From the IMG/VR virus record IMGVR_UViG_3300043774_000051, positions 1-32,170 of that record: a stretch of DNA of 32,170 nucleotides, one strand, 5' to 3'. This document shows positions 17,450 to 26,069 of this stretch, piece after piece. This DNA comes from a virus (taxonomy: Duplodnaviria; Caudoviricetes). The translations under genes and the position numbers were made by a program. A model generated the notes under the pieces. It made no database searches. It was given only the letters and a program-made list of their open reading frames with translations, and had not been told where the DNA came from. How positions within the stretch are numbered: position 1 is the first letter of the stretch; each line of letters starts with the position of its first letter.

Positions 17450-17479
17450 CAAAAGTATAAATAAATATTTAATATGTAA
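17450..17479 (-). promoter_or_regulatory. Bacteroidota-type promoter for the sigma gene
   Basis: -7 box TACTTTTG at 17450-17457; TTA (near-match to TTG) 19 nt upstream. Confidence 0.6.
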
Positions 17480-17480
17480 C

Positions 17481-17726
17481 TTATTTAATTTTTTCAGCCT
17501 TATCCACATAAGCAGTAAACCCCATTCTGTTTAGTTCTTCAATCCTAAATTTTTGTAATGGCTTTAGCGTGTCGGTGTATTCTTTGCATTCAATGAAAAC
17601 ACATTTACCATCCTTTAGACACATTAAGTCTGGGATGCCGTTCTTATTTGTTTTGATAAGATTAACCACATACCATCCATCTGCCTCCATTTTCTTTATT
17701 ATCTTTGATTGGTGTTTTGATGCCAT
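17481..17726 (-). CDS. VRR-NUC domain nuclease
   Basis: G.PDL...FIECK...L.PLQ..R...L...GF PD-(D/E)xK motif. Confidence 0.9.
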   Translation of the reverse strand: MASKHQSKIIKKMEADGWYVVNLIKTNKNGIPDLMCLKDGKCVFIECKEYTDTLKPLQKFRIEELNRMGFTAYVDKAEKIK

Positions 17727-18925
17727 TTTTTAAAAGTTTGAAGTGTAAAGTCTTTCTTATTCATTACTGCTTTATAAATTTGATGTTCTATACCTTTATG
17801 AGAAAATATCCAATAGATATTACTTTTAACTCTATCCTTAGTAGTCATCCTATCCCTACTCTGCCAATAACTTACTGCGCTAAAATCAATGTTGTAATAA
17901 ACAATCGCACTCGCTGCACTTAGGTTTATCCCTTCCCTGCCACTAACTATCTGCAAGGCTATGTTTTTATCTGTGGTATTAAACTCATGTATATTATCTG
18001 TTACATCAATATGCCGTTTGATTGCTTCAAGTTCAGCAATGAACTTATAAAATATGGCTATCTTTTGATTCTTAAACTTTTGTGCTATGAATTTAGACTT
18101 TGTTTCATCGAATACAAACCTACTACCATCTTCAAACTTTATTGTGCCGCTGTATAGTTGGTGTAACTTCTGCATTTCCTTTACTGCCGTATCTGCAAGC
18201 ACTACTCCATTCTTACCTTCAACCACCTTATCCTTCTTTAGCTTGTCAATTACATTGTAAGTACTTGGCTGCATTATAACCGTACACACCTGCTCCACTA
18301 TTTCGCTAACAAATCCCGCTTCGCCCTGTGTTTTAGTTAATATTATCGGTTCAATGTAAGGTCTTATCTTATCGTAACTAACATCGCTATAATCATTACA
18401 AGTGCCGTATGATGTATATTTTAGTTTAGGCTTACCAAATGATTCAAACCACCTATAAAAGTTCTTATAATCTTTAAATGGGCTGCAACTGCTCACCCAT
18501 AGTTGATGAAATATCTGAGCATTGGATTCAGGCATAAGCGTTCCACTCATTAAAATAACATCGCATCCATTTAAGCAAACATTAGCCGCCTCTTTAATCT
18601 TTTTGTTTGGCTTTGGGAACGCTCCTAGTCCGTGAGATTCATCAAATATTACTAAGTCATACTCTGCTTTGTATTTACTTAGTTGCTCGTAATTAATAAC
18701 TGTTAACTTATTGCAATGTTCAGCCGTTTGATAGTCTGATTCAATACTGCTTATCGCTTTCTTTTTAGTGACAAATAAAGTATTTCGATAATCACTTGCA
18801 ATAGCCAAAGCAATATGTGTTTTGCCTGTTCTAACTTCAAAGTTTAATATTAATATGCCATTGGCTTTTAATATCTCATTGCCGTTATTCACAGCCGTTT
18901 GTTGATAATCTCTTAATTCAAACAT
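17699..18925 (-). CDS. SF2 helicase
   Basis: LRDYQ Q-motif, EVRTGKT, DESH, MSGT, SGREGINL and QSRDR motifs. Confidence 0.85.
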   Translation of the reverse strand: MFELRDYQQTAVNNGNEILKANGILILNFEVRTGKTHIALAIASDYRNTLFVTKKKAISSIESDYQTAEHCNKLTVINYEQLSKYKAEYDLVIFDESHGLGAFPKPNKKIKEAANVCLNGCDVILMSGTLMPESNAQIFHQLWVSSCSPFKDYKNFYRWFESFGKPKLKYTSYGTCNDYSDVSYDKIRPYIEPIILTKTQGEAGFVSEIVEQVCTVIMQPSTYNVIDKLKKDKVVEGKNGVVLADTAVKEMQKLHQLYSGTIKFEDGSRFVFDETKSKFIAQKFKNQKIAIFYKFIAELEAIKRHIDVTDNIHEFNTTDKNIALQIVSGREGINLSAASAIVYYNIDFSAVSYWQSRDRMTTKDRVKSNIYWIFSHKGIEHQIYKAVMNKKDFTLQTFKKWHQNTNQR

Positions 18926-18927
18926 AA

Positions 18928-21306
18928 TTAAAAAGGAACTTCGGTTTTAAACATTGGCTCAATAATATCTTTTGAAAGTTGAAACCATCTACCATCAACG
19001 CTATTCCCTTCAATGTATTTCGCATCAGTAAATATGGCATAGAGTTCTAACCACTTCTTAAACTTCTTTTGGCTAAGAAACTTTTTAAAATCTGGAAACT
19101 CATTAACAAAATCTTCAAATATTTTACCCTTGTAAAGCCTTTCGTTTAATTTAATGTTTCCTTCTTTGGTCCATTCAAAAAACTCGTGTGCAGTTTCAAC
19201 AATAAACTTTCTAGTCAAAAGGTTTCCAAACTCATTATTAACTAAACCATTCTTTAAATAGTACTGCAAGCAGTTAACCATATAAGCATCAAACCTCGCC
19301 CATTCTTCATCAGCCCAATCATCAAATAATAAATGCCCGAAATGGTCTAAAGGTGTATTGTTTGAATTAAAGTAGCTGCTCATTTCAACCTCAAACTTCC
19401 TACGTTCAAATGAACCACCTACACCGCCTACCGTATAGTTAGTAGTAATTAATATTTTAGGACTTTTTTGGATTGGTAACTTAATTGCATCCTGACCTTT
19501 ATATTCAATGGTAATCCCCTCAGTAATTAAACTAAATAATGATTCAAAAGTAAAGTTCTTTTTAACGTCATCAAATACCAGTACTTGACAATCGGTGCTT
19601 ACTGTCTGATATGGGAAAGTTTTTGTAAACTCAAAGGACTTACCATCAATCATGCTAACCTTTTTCATCTTAGAGATGGCATTCCAGAACACACCCTTGC
19701 CGCTTCCGCCATTAGGATTCTCGCTTATTGTTTCATCATTGAAAATAATAGCCTTGTTATTTGCTGAGGTCTTAAAAGTGTGCAATAGATAACCAATAAC
19801 TGATTTAAAAGTATTATATCTATCTCTATTCTTACCGCTAATCAGCCAAATAAACTCCCTAAATATTGCCTCGTGATGGTCGGTGTCTGTGTAGGTTCTA
19901 TTAATAATTTGATTCTTCCAAACGTATCCATCTAAATTTAGATAGTCTATCTTTTCAGTCTTGTTATCGGTAATCTTCAGGGCTAAGTTTTCATAATAAA
20001 TAAAGCACTCTGTTTGAGTGTCTTCTTTCATTTTAATATCTGCCGACTTTAGAAAGGATAAATAGTTTGGAGTAAAGAACTGAGGGTTGCCTGCAATGTA
20101 ATCGTAAGGCTTAATCCCTATTTTATCATTAGCAAGTAAGTATTCTAAAACAAAATCCTTTATTCTTTTCTCATTAGTTTCCTCAATAAAATTACCTTGT
20201 CTTTTTATGAATGTATAAGTATTACCGCCAGCAGGATAATACTTCATAAAGTTTTCTTGCTCCAACCATTTCTTAAATTTTAATGGACTTAAAGAAATTT
20301 TACCCTTATCGGATACATTCCAAAAGTCATCCACCTCCATCGATTCCTTAACCCTCTCAATCGTTTCTATTTCGTGTGGATTAGATGCTCTTTCTAGGTT
20401 AGTCTTGATTTGTTCAATTCGTTTGCCACTTAATATTTGTTTTTGAATATGTGACTTGGTGTTGCTATCTTCAAAAAACTTTGTGCTAAAGGTATTTTTA
20501 CCACGCTTGTAGGCACTATTGACTAGGTCTTGTATCTCATTGCCATTAAAATCTTTTTCAGCAAATTTAAGCAGGTGATTAGATGAAGTTATTTGACTAA
20601 TGCCGAAATCATTTAAACTCATTGCAAATTTGAAAAGATTACTATTCCTTTCTCCATTTGCCATACTATACTTTTTATTGAACCAAGTAGTTAGCCTATC
20701 AATAATTTGTGATTCAGATTTTAAAGGAACTACCACATCACTATAAGTTGAACCAATCTCTGTGTATTCTTCTACCTCAATAGTATCGTATTCTATTGCA
20801 TCGGGATTATAATATAGTTCAGGGTCATAACTTTCATAACAAAACCTGCTTATATCCTTTGTCGACTTATCAAAATAAGGGCTGTCAATCTCAGCCATAA
20901 AAGCATTAAAGTAACCTTTGAAGTTTTCAGCATCCTTTGGAATCTTAACTAATGCTTTTAATCCGCTACCAGATGGTGAAATGAATACAGAAAAAATATA
21001 AGGTAAATTTATTAATCGCTGCTTAGTTTCATTTAATATTTCCATATCTGGGAACTTATCAAAATCAACAATCATCAAACCGCTAGGTTCTAAAATGTTT
21101 TTATTTGCTCTATGGCTAAAAGTTCCATTGAAACAAACGCCAGGCAACTGCTTCTTATATTTATCTTCTTTGGTTAATCTAAACTTTTCTACAAGTTCTT
21201 TGGAGTTACCTTCGATAATTCGCTGTAAGCAAATTTCTACTGCCCTATGAAAAGGGTTAGAGGCATCCTGTGCGCTCTTAAATACTGATACTAATATTTT
21301 ACTCAT
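18928..21306 (-). CDS. Primase-helicase (BT4734/VirE-N-like domain + PriCT-like + P-loop ATPase)
   Basis: K..LP.V.F.GTF, SG.M.VDFD, F.SPSG.GLK and D.SR.CY.SYDP motifs; GERN..LF; Walker A GGSGKG, Walker B VFDD, ITTN. Confidence 0.85.
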   Translation of the reverse strand: MSKILVSVFKSAQDASNPFHRAVEICLQRIIEGNSKELVEKFRLTKEDKYKKQLPGVCFNGTFSHRANKNILEPSGLMIVDFDKFPDMEILNETKQRLINLPYIFSVFISPSGSGLKALVKIPKDAENFKGYFNAFMAEIDSPYFDKSTKDISRFCYESYDPELYYNPDAIEYDTIEVEEYTEIGSTYSDVVVPLKSESQIIDRLTTWFNKKYSMANGERNSNLFKFAMSLNDFGISQITSSNHLLKFAEKDFNGNEIQDLVNSAYKRGKNTFSTKFFEDSNTKSHIQKQILSGKRIEQIKTNLERASNPHEIETIERVKESMEVDDFWNVSDKGKISLSPLKFKKWLEQENFMKYYPAGGNTYTFIKRQGNFIEETNEKRIKDFVLEYLLANDKIGIKPYDYIAGNPQFFTPNYLSFLKSADIKMKEDTQTECFIYYENLALKITDNKTEKIDYLNLDGYVWKNQIINRTYTDTDHHEAIFREFIWLISGKNRDRYNTFKSVIGYLLHTFKTSANNKAIIFNDETISENPNGGSGKGVFWNAISKMKKVSMIDGKSFEFTKTFPYQTVSTDCQVLVFDDVKKNFTFESLFSLITEGITIEYKGQDAIKLPIQKSPKILITTNYTVGGVGGSFERRKFEVEMSSYFNSNNTPLDHFGHLLFDDWADEEWARFDAYMVNCLQYYLKNGLVNNEFGNLLTRKFIVETAHEFFEWTKEGNIKLNERLYKGKIFEDFVNEFPDFKKFLSQKKFKKWLELYAIFTDAKYIEGNSVDGRWFQLSKDIIEPMFKTEVPF

Positions 21307-21394
21307 ACTTTGAATGTTTTAGTTGAATGACTTAAAAAATATCGGGGAAGGGTCATTCAAACCTTTTAGACAGCCGCCGCTGAAACCCGATTTT
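21307..21394 (-). ncRNA. Candidate structured leader RNA / attenuator
   Basis: Nested stems ATCGGG/CCCGAT, CAGC/GCTG and AAGG/CCTT followed by a T6 tract; the loop TTTGAATGAC is complementary to two downstream sites. Confidence 0.5.
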
Positions 21395-21400
21395 ATAGAA

Positions 21401-21408
21401 CAAAACTA
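21401..21408 (-). promoter_or_regulatory. Bacteroidota -7 promoter box upstream of the primase-helicase leader
   Basis: TAGTTTTG fits TAnnTTTG; no clear -33 element at canonical spacing. Confidence 0.55.
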
Positions 21409-21458
21409 CATCTATTTATTAAAACTAATACCATTGTGCAAATCTTTTTATTAATTAT

Positions 21459-21636
21459 TACAGATAATACACATTGAAAATACACATTGTAAATTTAAAA
21501 GCCTAGTGTTTTCAAGCATCCTGACAGATAGTACACATTTTTGCCATTTTTCAGAAACTTTTGGAAAAACTTTTGCCTTTATCATTTCTATAATGGATGA
21601 ACTAGCCAAAAAATGTGTAAACCTGTATTATCTGTA
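21459..21636. repeat. Iteron-like direct and inverted repeats; putative replication origin
   Basis: TACACATT at 21468, 21481 and 21532, inverted at 21612; ACAGATA(A/G)TACACATT twice; 13-bp inverted pair at 21459-21471 and 21624-21636. Confidence 0.6.
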
Positions 21637-21638
21637 TT

Positions 21639-21920
21639 TCATAACTTCTTTAATTCCTCATCCAAATTATCTAAAATAACCCAGCAGTTTTCTTCTAGTT
21701 CATGCCAATCTTTACTTTTAAACTGAGGTGAAGCTAACAAGGTTCGTTCAATAGTATTGCAGAAATGGCTAATTTTTGGCTTCGTGTCTTTTACCAAATT
21801 AATGAACTCTTTATTATCAATCCTATCCTTAAATGCGTATATTGTTTTCAGGGCTTGATTAGCTGCGTTCAAGGTCATGTATGCCATTAATAAGTTTTGT
21901 GATAATTCTCGGTCTGTCAT
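21639..21920 (-). CDS. Hypothetical protein
   Basis: 93 aa ORF, ATGA-coupled to the DnaA-C gene. Confidence 0.6.
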   Translation of the reverse strand: MTDRELSQNLLMAYMTLNAANQALKTIYAFKDRIDNKEFINLVKDTKPKISHFCNTIERTLLASPQFKSKDWHELEENCWVILDNLDEELKKL

Positions 21921-22261
21921 AACATCGTTTCAATTTTTTTAATCCTATCAACAAATAACATATCCTTGTAATCCAAGTAATTCTGAATCTTGGTTCGAGC
22001 GTTCATTATAGTTGTGTGGTCACGCCCGCCTAATCTTAAACCGATTGATTGTAGACTAGCATAAGTATGTTTGCAAGCTAAATAAGCAATGCAATGCCTC
22101 CACCACATTATCTCTCTCTTTCGGTTGTTGGATGTTAGTTCCTTTTCTGAGTAGCCGCTTACTTTAGTAACCGCCCAAATGATTCCGTCAAGTGTAATCT
22201 TGTGTTTATTAACTCCGTGAACTCGAACATAGAAGTTTGGTTTGCTTATTAGTAGTGTCAT
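21917..22261 (-). CDS. Stand-alone DnaA C-terminal (domain IV) DNA-binding protein
   Basis: R.REI...RH...YL and SL..IG..LGGRDHTTI signature. The AAA+ domain is absent, so this is not a true dnaA. Confidence 0.85.
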   Translation of the reverse strand: MTLLISKPNFYVRVHGVNKHKITLDGIIWAVTKVSGYSEKELTSNNRKREIMWWRHCIAYLACKHTYASLQSIGLRLGGRDHTTIMNARTKIQNYLDYKDMLFVDRIKKIETML

Positions 22262-22551
22262 TTAATTCGTTTCCCGTCTACAAATTTTCTATTATGTAAA
22301 TCAATTAACTTCATTGCCATTGCTTGCTCAATGTCGGATATGTTAAATCCGTTTAAATGTGCTACTTTAAATAGTAGTAGGAAACAATCTGCTAGTTCCT
22401 CTGCTTGATTTTCCCTATCCTTTAGGACCATTGCATCTCGCAGTTCCCAAATCTCATCAGACCTTAGTTTCATTAGTACATTTAAGTAGTACTCTTGTCC
22501 AAATGTAGCCTCGCTCCATTGGATGTATTCGTTAATCAAAAGTTGGTTCAT
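22258..22551 (-). CDS. MazG-like (dATP/dGTP-type) nucleotide pyrophosphohydrolase
   Basis: WS..TFG, KL..DEI.EL, EELAD and AM..K......RK motifs; ATG at 22551 preferred. Confidence 0.75.
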   Translation of the reverse strand: MNQLLINEYIQWSEATFGQEYYLNVLMKLRSDEIWELRDAMVLKDRENQAEELADCFLLLFKVAHLNGFNISDIEQAMAMKLIDLHNRKFVDGKRIK

Positions 22552-22601
22552 TGTGTTTAATTTATGGCAGTAAGCAGTCACCCACTTACCGCCTTGTTAA
22601 T

Positions 22602-22862
22602 TTAGATTTTCCAAGCTTTAACCGATGTAAACCACTTGCCATTGTATTCTCTTGATTCGATATTAATCGAACAAGTAATGGTGTGACCGATTGAATAATC
22701 TTGCAGCCTGCTAATAGCCTTCTCGCTTACCTCAACTGCAATTAACTTTGGATAAGTTTCTGCCGTTTCTACAATAATAGTTTGTTTTTGCCATGCCTTG
22801 CCTGACTTGCTCTCTCCTGATTCTAATGGTAGAATCTGTTTAAGTGTTCCCTGAATTTCCAT
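22602..22862 (-). CDS. DUF3127 family SSB-like protein
   Basis: MEI.G, G.SK.GK.W.KQ, YPK and ESREYNGKWFT.V.AWKI motifs. Confidence 0.9.
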   Translation of the reverse strand: MEIQGTLKQILPLESGESKSGKAWQKQTIIVETAETYPKLIAVEVSEKAISRLQDYSIGHTITCSINIESREYNGKWFTSVKAWKI

Positions 22863-22873
22863 TTGTTTATTTT

Positions 22874-23551
22874 TTAAAGTGTATTAATTAATTTAAGCAT
22901 CATTTCATGCGCTATTTCTACTTTAGCTAGTATTTGGTCTATTCTCTCCTGATTACGTTCTATTTCGATTAAATGATAGCTACGTTTGGAATCCTTAAAG
23001 CGTGGGTCGTAACTCATAAAGTAACAAGAATCAGAATCGCATAGGTATAAGTTAGTTTGTATCTGGTCGTAATACTTTGGCAGTTCGCTCTGAAAGTTCT
23101 TAGCGTTAACAAATGCCTTGTAATAAAGATGCGTGTCGCTATTAGGGCATTTAATTTCTACTATCTTCCTTTGGCTTGTTAAAATCATATCAGGAGTTCC
23201 ACCTAGCTTGCCATTAGTAAAGAATACAAAGCCACCTGATGAAGTGTAAATCACATCTTCGCTAGCAGGGTTCAAGTTCAATAACTCGCATAGTCTAAAC
23301 GCTGCCTCAGGTTCGTTTTCCTTTCCCCAATCCATTTCAGAATTATAGAACTTAGGCTTAGGACTATCAAAATAGGCTGCTACCTTTTCTAGTAGATAGG
23401 TAATCGCTCCATCACTTAGCAATCTTCCCTCTGCTTGTGCCTTTTTAGTTGGTTCAGCCATTAGTCTGTTAACTTCTGATGCCGTGAATTGGTCTTTCCT
23501 GTGGTGTAACCAATTTCTTTCGGTTTCAAATACGAATCTTTTAATTTCCAT
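22874..23551 (-). CDS. YqaJ/lambda-exonuclease-like protein
   Basis: W...R....TAS, M.WG...EP.A, G.TPD, EIKCP, YY.Q.Q and F.SYDPR motifs. Confidence 0.9.
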   Translation of the reverse strand: MEIKRFVFETERNWLHHRKDQFTASEVNRLMAEPTKKAQAEGRLLSDGAITYLLEKVAAYFDSPKPKFYNSEMDWGKENEPEAAFRLCELLNLNPASEDVIYTSSGGFVFFTNGKLGGTPDMILTSQRKIVEIKCPNSDTHLYYKAFVNAKNFQSELPKYYDQIQTNLYLCDSDSCYFMSYDPRFKDSKRSYHLIEIERNQERIDQILAKVEIAHEMMLKLINTL

Positions 23552-24083
23552 TTAGCTTCTCCTTATTGTTACCGAACTTTTCTGCTAGGTCTTTGTCTGG
23601 TTGGTATTGAATTACATCCTTACGATTCAAGTCTGCACCAAATAACTTACCGATATGGTCGGCTGCATCCTTCACGGCTATTGTTTTAGCTATTGGAAAC
23701 GCCATTGATAACGCTCCATTGTTGATGTTTTGCAAGTCGGCAGGGCTAGTGTCCTTCTTAGTTTGTAATTGTGCCGCACCTATGCCATCAAATTGCATCA
23801 CTTCTCCGTTGGTTGGGTTTTTTATTGTAAGCCTAACTGTCACCCATACGCCATTGAATGCCGTACCTTGACCTGTAATCTGTATTTGATAGGTCTTAAA
23901 GATTCTAGTGAGTAAATACTCCACCTTATCAATCGGCAGGTATTTGTATCCCCTTATGAAAGGATGCTCTTTAACCCATTTAGTTGGTGGTGGTTGGTTA
24001 AGTAATAGGTTTAGCTGGTCGTTCTTGTACGCTAACTCAATATCCTGAGTTAAGTCTGCGAGTGTTGGTAGTTTGTTTTCCAT
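23541..24083 (-). CDS. Single-strand annealing protein (Sak/Rad52-like)
   Basis: YLPI..VE..L, V.VRL, DG.GA and A...A.K.AA...G..FG.DL motifs; next to the exonuclease and SSB genes. Confidence 0.7.
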   Translation of the reverse strand: MENKLPTLADLTQDIELAYKNDQLNLLLNQPPPTKWVKEHPFIRGYKYLPIDKVEYLLTRIFKTYQIQITGQGTAFNGVWVTVRLTIKNPTNGEVMQFDGIGAAQLQTKKDTSPADLQNINNGALSMAFPIAKTIAVKDAADHIGKLFGADLNRKDVIQYQPDKDLAEKFGNNKEKLNGN

Positions 24084-24269
24084 TTAGATAGTGTTTGGGT
24101 GGTCTGATTTTGACTCAGATATTAGTTGCCCTGCCTGTTCCATTCCATCTATTTTAGCAGACTTTATAAGAAGGTCAATGTTACCTGTTAAAGTGCTTAA
24201 TGGAATGTTGCTGCCGCTTTCAATAATCATCTTGATTAAAACGGCTTTGATTGATTCTGTGTTAGTCAT
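24084..24269 (-). CDS. Hypothetical protein (start revised to 24269, 61 aa)
   Basis: The internal ATG overlaps the upstream stop region and removes a long overlap. Confidence 0.55.
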   Translation of the reverse strand: MTNTESIKAVLIKMIIESGSNIPLSTLTGNIDLLIKSAKIDGMEQAGQLISESKSDHPNTI

Positions 24270-24507
24270 TGTTGTTAGTAAAAGTTTGTTTGTAATAATC
24301 TGCTCCTCCTTCAAAATCAAAACCTTCATCTCTTTTTGAGTTCCAAATGTTAGATTCGCCAGCATCAAATGCATTGGTAATGGTTGATTTTTCTAGTGGT
24401 AAATACTTTTTCTCAATTACTGAGGATAGTTGCTCGGGTAAGAATGTGAGCGCAGTTGAATTTTGGATGTAGTCCAATAGTTCTTGCATTGGTGTTGTGT
24501 TGCTCAT
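24262..24507 (-). CDS. Hypothetical early protein
   Basis: 81 aa with EK..I..AF..G...A.YY.QTF pattern; first gene after a consensus promoter. Confidence 0.7.
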   Translation of the reverse strand: MSNTTPMQELLDYIQNSTALTFLPEQLSSVIEKKYLPLEKSTITNAFDAGESNIWNSKRDEGFDFEGGADYYKQTFTNNND

Positions 24508-24527
24508 GTTGTTGTTAATAGTGTGTG

Positions 24528-24557
24528 CAAATATAATTGTTTAGTTGTATTATGCAA
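24528..24557 (-). promoter_or_regulatory. Bacteroidota housekeeping-type promoter
   Basis: TTG (24555-24557), 19-nt spacer, TATATTTG (24528-24535). Confidence 0.8.
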
Positions 24558-24575
24558 TAATTATTTTACTATTTA

Positions 24576-24815
24576 TTAGAAATAAGTAGAACCAAGTTTG
24601 TCTAAATAGTTTAACTGGTTTATTTCGTTCTGTCTTATCGCCCAAGCAGCGTCTATTTTATCCGCTAGTTCGGGATGTAACACTACCGCTTTGATTTTCT
24701 TAAGTGCTTCTATTGCAGTCGGGCAATTAGCCTCGTAAACTCTATCTATCAAGTCCGATTCAACGTAATCTAGTAGGGCTTGGTGCTTTTTAGCGTCATC
24801 AATTATGTACATCAT
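24576..24815 (-). CDS. Hypothetical protein
   Basis: 79 aa ORF in the tightly packed early operon. Confidence 0.6.
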   Translation of the reverse strand: MMYIIDDAKKHQALLDYVESDLIDRVYEANCPTAIEALKKIKAVVLHPELADKIDAAWAIRQNEINQLNYLDKLGSTYF

Positions 24816-25032
24816 TTTTCTTGTTATAAAAGCTAGTTAATAGTGTTTCGTATTTTGTGGCTTCAAGGCTTGCTTCGTGCCAATCTTCTTTAATCTTGGT
24901 GAGTAGCGTGAAGTCATCGTTAGTGCTATTGCGTGAATTGCAAACTTTAATCTGCTTTCCGTACTTATTGTAAAGTCTGATAGTCTTCTCAGTTGACTTC
25001 TTAATGTTGGTAAGAATTTCCGTGCGTGTCAT
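24799..25032 (-). CDS. Hypothetical protein
   Basis: 77 aa ORF in the early operon. Confidence 0.6.
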   Translation of the reverse strand: MTRTEILTNIKKSTEKTIRLYNKYGKQIKVCNSRNSTNDDFTLLTKIKEDWHEASLEATKYETLLTSFYNKKNDVHN

Positions 25033-25035
25033 GGC

Positions 25036-25224
25036 TTAGTTATTATTCATGTTTTGCAATAGTTCCCGATAACTTACTTTGCCTTTCTCGCCTCTCATAT
25101 ACTTGCAGGCTCTGAAAAGTTGATTCCTTGTCATGCCGTTGCGTTTAATGAAGTCTTGCTTTTCTTTCCTAGCTTCCTTGCCAACTATTAAGGCAAGCAG
25201 CGTGATTGTAAATAGCCACATCAT
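25036..25224 (-). CDS. Small protein with an N-terminal hydrophobic anchor
   Basis: MMWLFTITLLALIVG followed by a basic tail. Confidence 0.6.
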   Translation of the reverse strand: MMWLFTITLLALIVGKEARKEKQDFIKRNGMTRNQLFRACKYMRGEKGKVSYRELLQNMNNN

Positions 25225-25406
25225 ATTTGCTCCTTTTTTAAAAGCATCTCAATAGCCTCGTTGTGTAGGTCAGCGATTGATACGATTGGTTCAGCATCTG
25301 CTTTGATTTTGTTGCGCCTAACTTGTAGGGCTTGCAGCCTATTTGGTAGGTCTACATTGAGTAGCGTTGTTGCCACTTTACGTTTTGGTTTAGTTATGTT
25401 TGCCAT
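25221..25406 (-). CDS. Possible ribbon-helix-helix DNA-binding protein
   Basis: Basic N-terminus, beta strand (ATTLL), helix, then SIADLHNEAIEMLLK. Confidence 0.5.
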   Translation of the reverse strand: MANITKPKRKVATTLLNVDLPNRLQALQVRRNKIKADAEPIVSIADLHNEAIEMLLKKEQI

Positions 25407-25407
25407 T

Positions 25408-25530
25408 TTATAAGTATGTTATTGTGTTTTCTTTCTTAGTCTTCTTAGATGCTTTGTTGTTTGCTTCAACGTAGCTGCAAAATATGCTGGTTAAAATAGC
25501 CATGCAAGTGAGTGTGATTAGTGTTGCCAT
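25408..25530 (-). CDS. Micro-ORF, 40 aa, single hydrophobic helix (MATLITLTCMAILTSIFCSYVEANNK...)
   Basis: Translated by hand; fills the gap between 25534 and 25406. Confidence 0.6.
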   Translation of the reverse strand: MATLITLTCMAILTSIFCSYVEANNKASKKTKKENTITYL

Positions 25531-25533
25531 TGG

Positions 25534-25785
25534 TTAACGTTGTTGAATTTGCAATACCTCAAAATTAACATCACCATTGAAAGGGCATTTGCCTTTGTAC
25601 TTTTCTTGCCACCTATTATTTATCTCGTCACAAGTGCTTGCTAAGTTAGTTTCACTTGGCATTAAATGAGTAGTTGTATATGGCTTTTGATTTACTCCAA
25701 GCCAAACTCTTTGGGCTTTATAGGTTACAAAAAATTGACCTACTACTTTGGTGTTATCACCTCTTTTTGAAATTATTGTTGTCAT
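25534..25785 (-). CDS. Hypothetical early protein
   Basis: 83 aa with an A-rich leader (AACAATG). Confidence 0.65.
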   Translation of the reverse strand: MTTIISKRGDNTKVVGQFFVTYKAQRVWLGVNQKPYTTTHLMPSETNLASTCDEINNRWQEKYKGKCPFNGDVNFEVLQIQQR

Positions 25786-25801
25786 TGTTATTTGATTTAG
25801 T

Positions 25802-25817
25802 GGGGGATTGCTCCCCC
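25802..25817 (-). other. GNRA-tetraloop hairpin between early genes
   Basis: GGGGGA-GCAA-TCCCCC on the minus strand, with no T tract. Confidence 0.7.
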
Positions 25818-25824
25818 TTGTTAG

Positions 25825-26046
25825 TTAGTTAAATTTAATTTGATTTAAGCCTACACCATAAGTAAGTTCATACCTTGCAACTTCTTTTGAATCTTTTGTT
25901 ATGGTAGCCCATAAACTTTCTTTAGTTGCTCTGTATTCGTATTGCTTAGCAAGTTTCATTTCGATAAAGTCAGGCGATACATTTAAATCTGTTTTGATGC
26001 TGTTGTAGCAGTAAGAACCTTCGTAAAAATTAATTGTAGTTGTCAT
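25825..26046 (-). CDS. Hypothetical early protein
   Basis: 73 aa; first gene after a consensus promoter. Confidence 0.65.
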   Translation of the reverse strand: MTTTINFYEGSYCYNSIKTDLNVSPDFIEMKLAKQYEYRATKESLWATITKDSKEVARYELTYGVGLNQIKFN

Positions 26047-26069
26047 TGTTTTGATTGTTAATTGTAGGA

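Noticed and set aside
17462-17468. Other ATATTTA copies (e.g. 17462, 26102, 2927)
   Set aside because: They are not 5 nt from a start codon and are expected by chance in AT-rich DNA, so they were not called as late promoters.
21459-21636. Repeat cluster as a mini CRISPR array
   Set aside because: The repeats are only 8-16 bp, irregularly spaced and partly inverted, and there are no cas genes.
24270-24374. N-terminal extension of ORF 24084..24374
   Set aside because: It overlaps 24262..24507 by more than 100 nt; the ATG at 24269 gives normal coupling.
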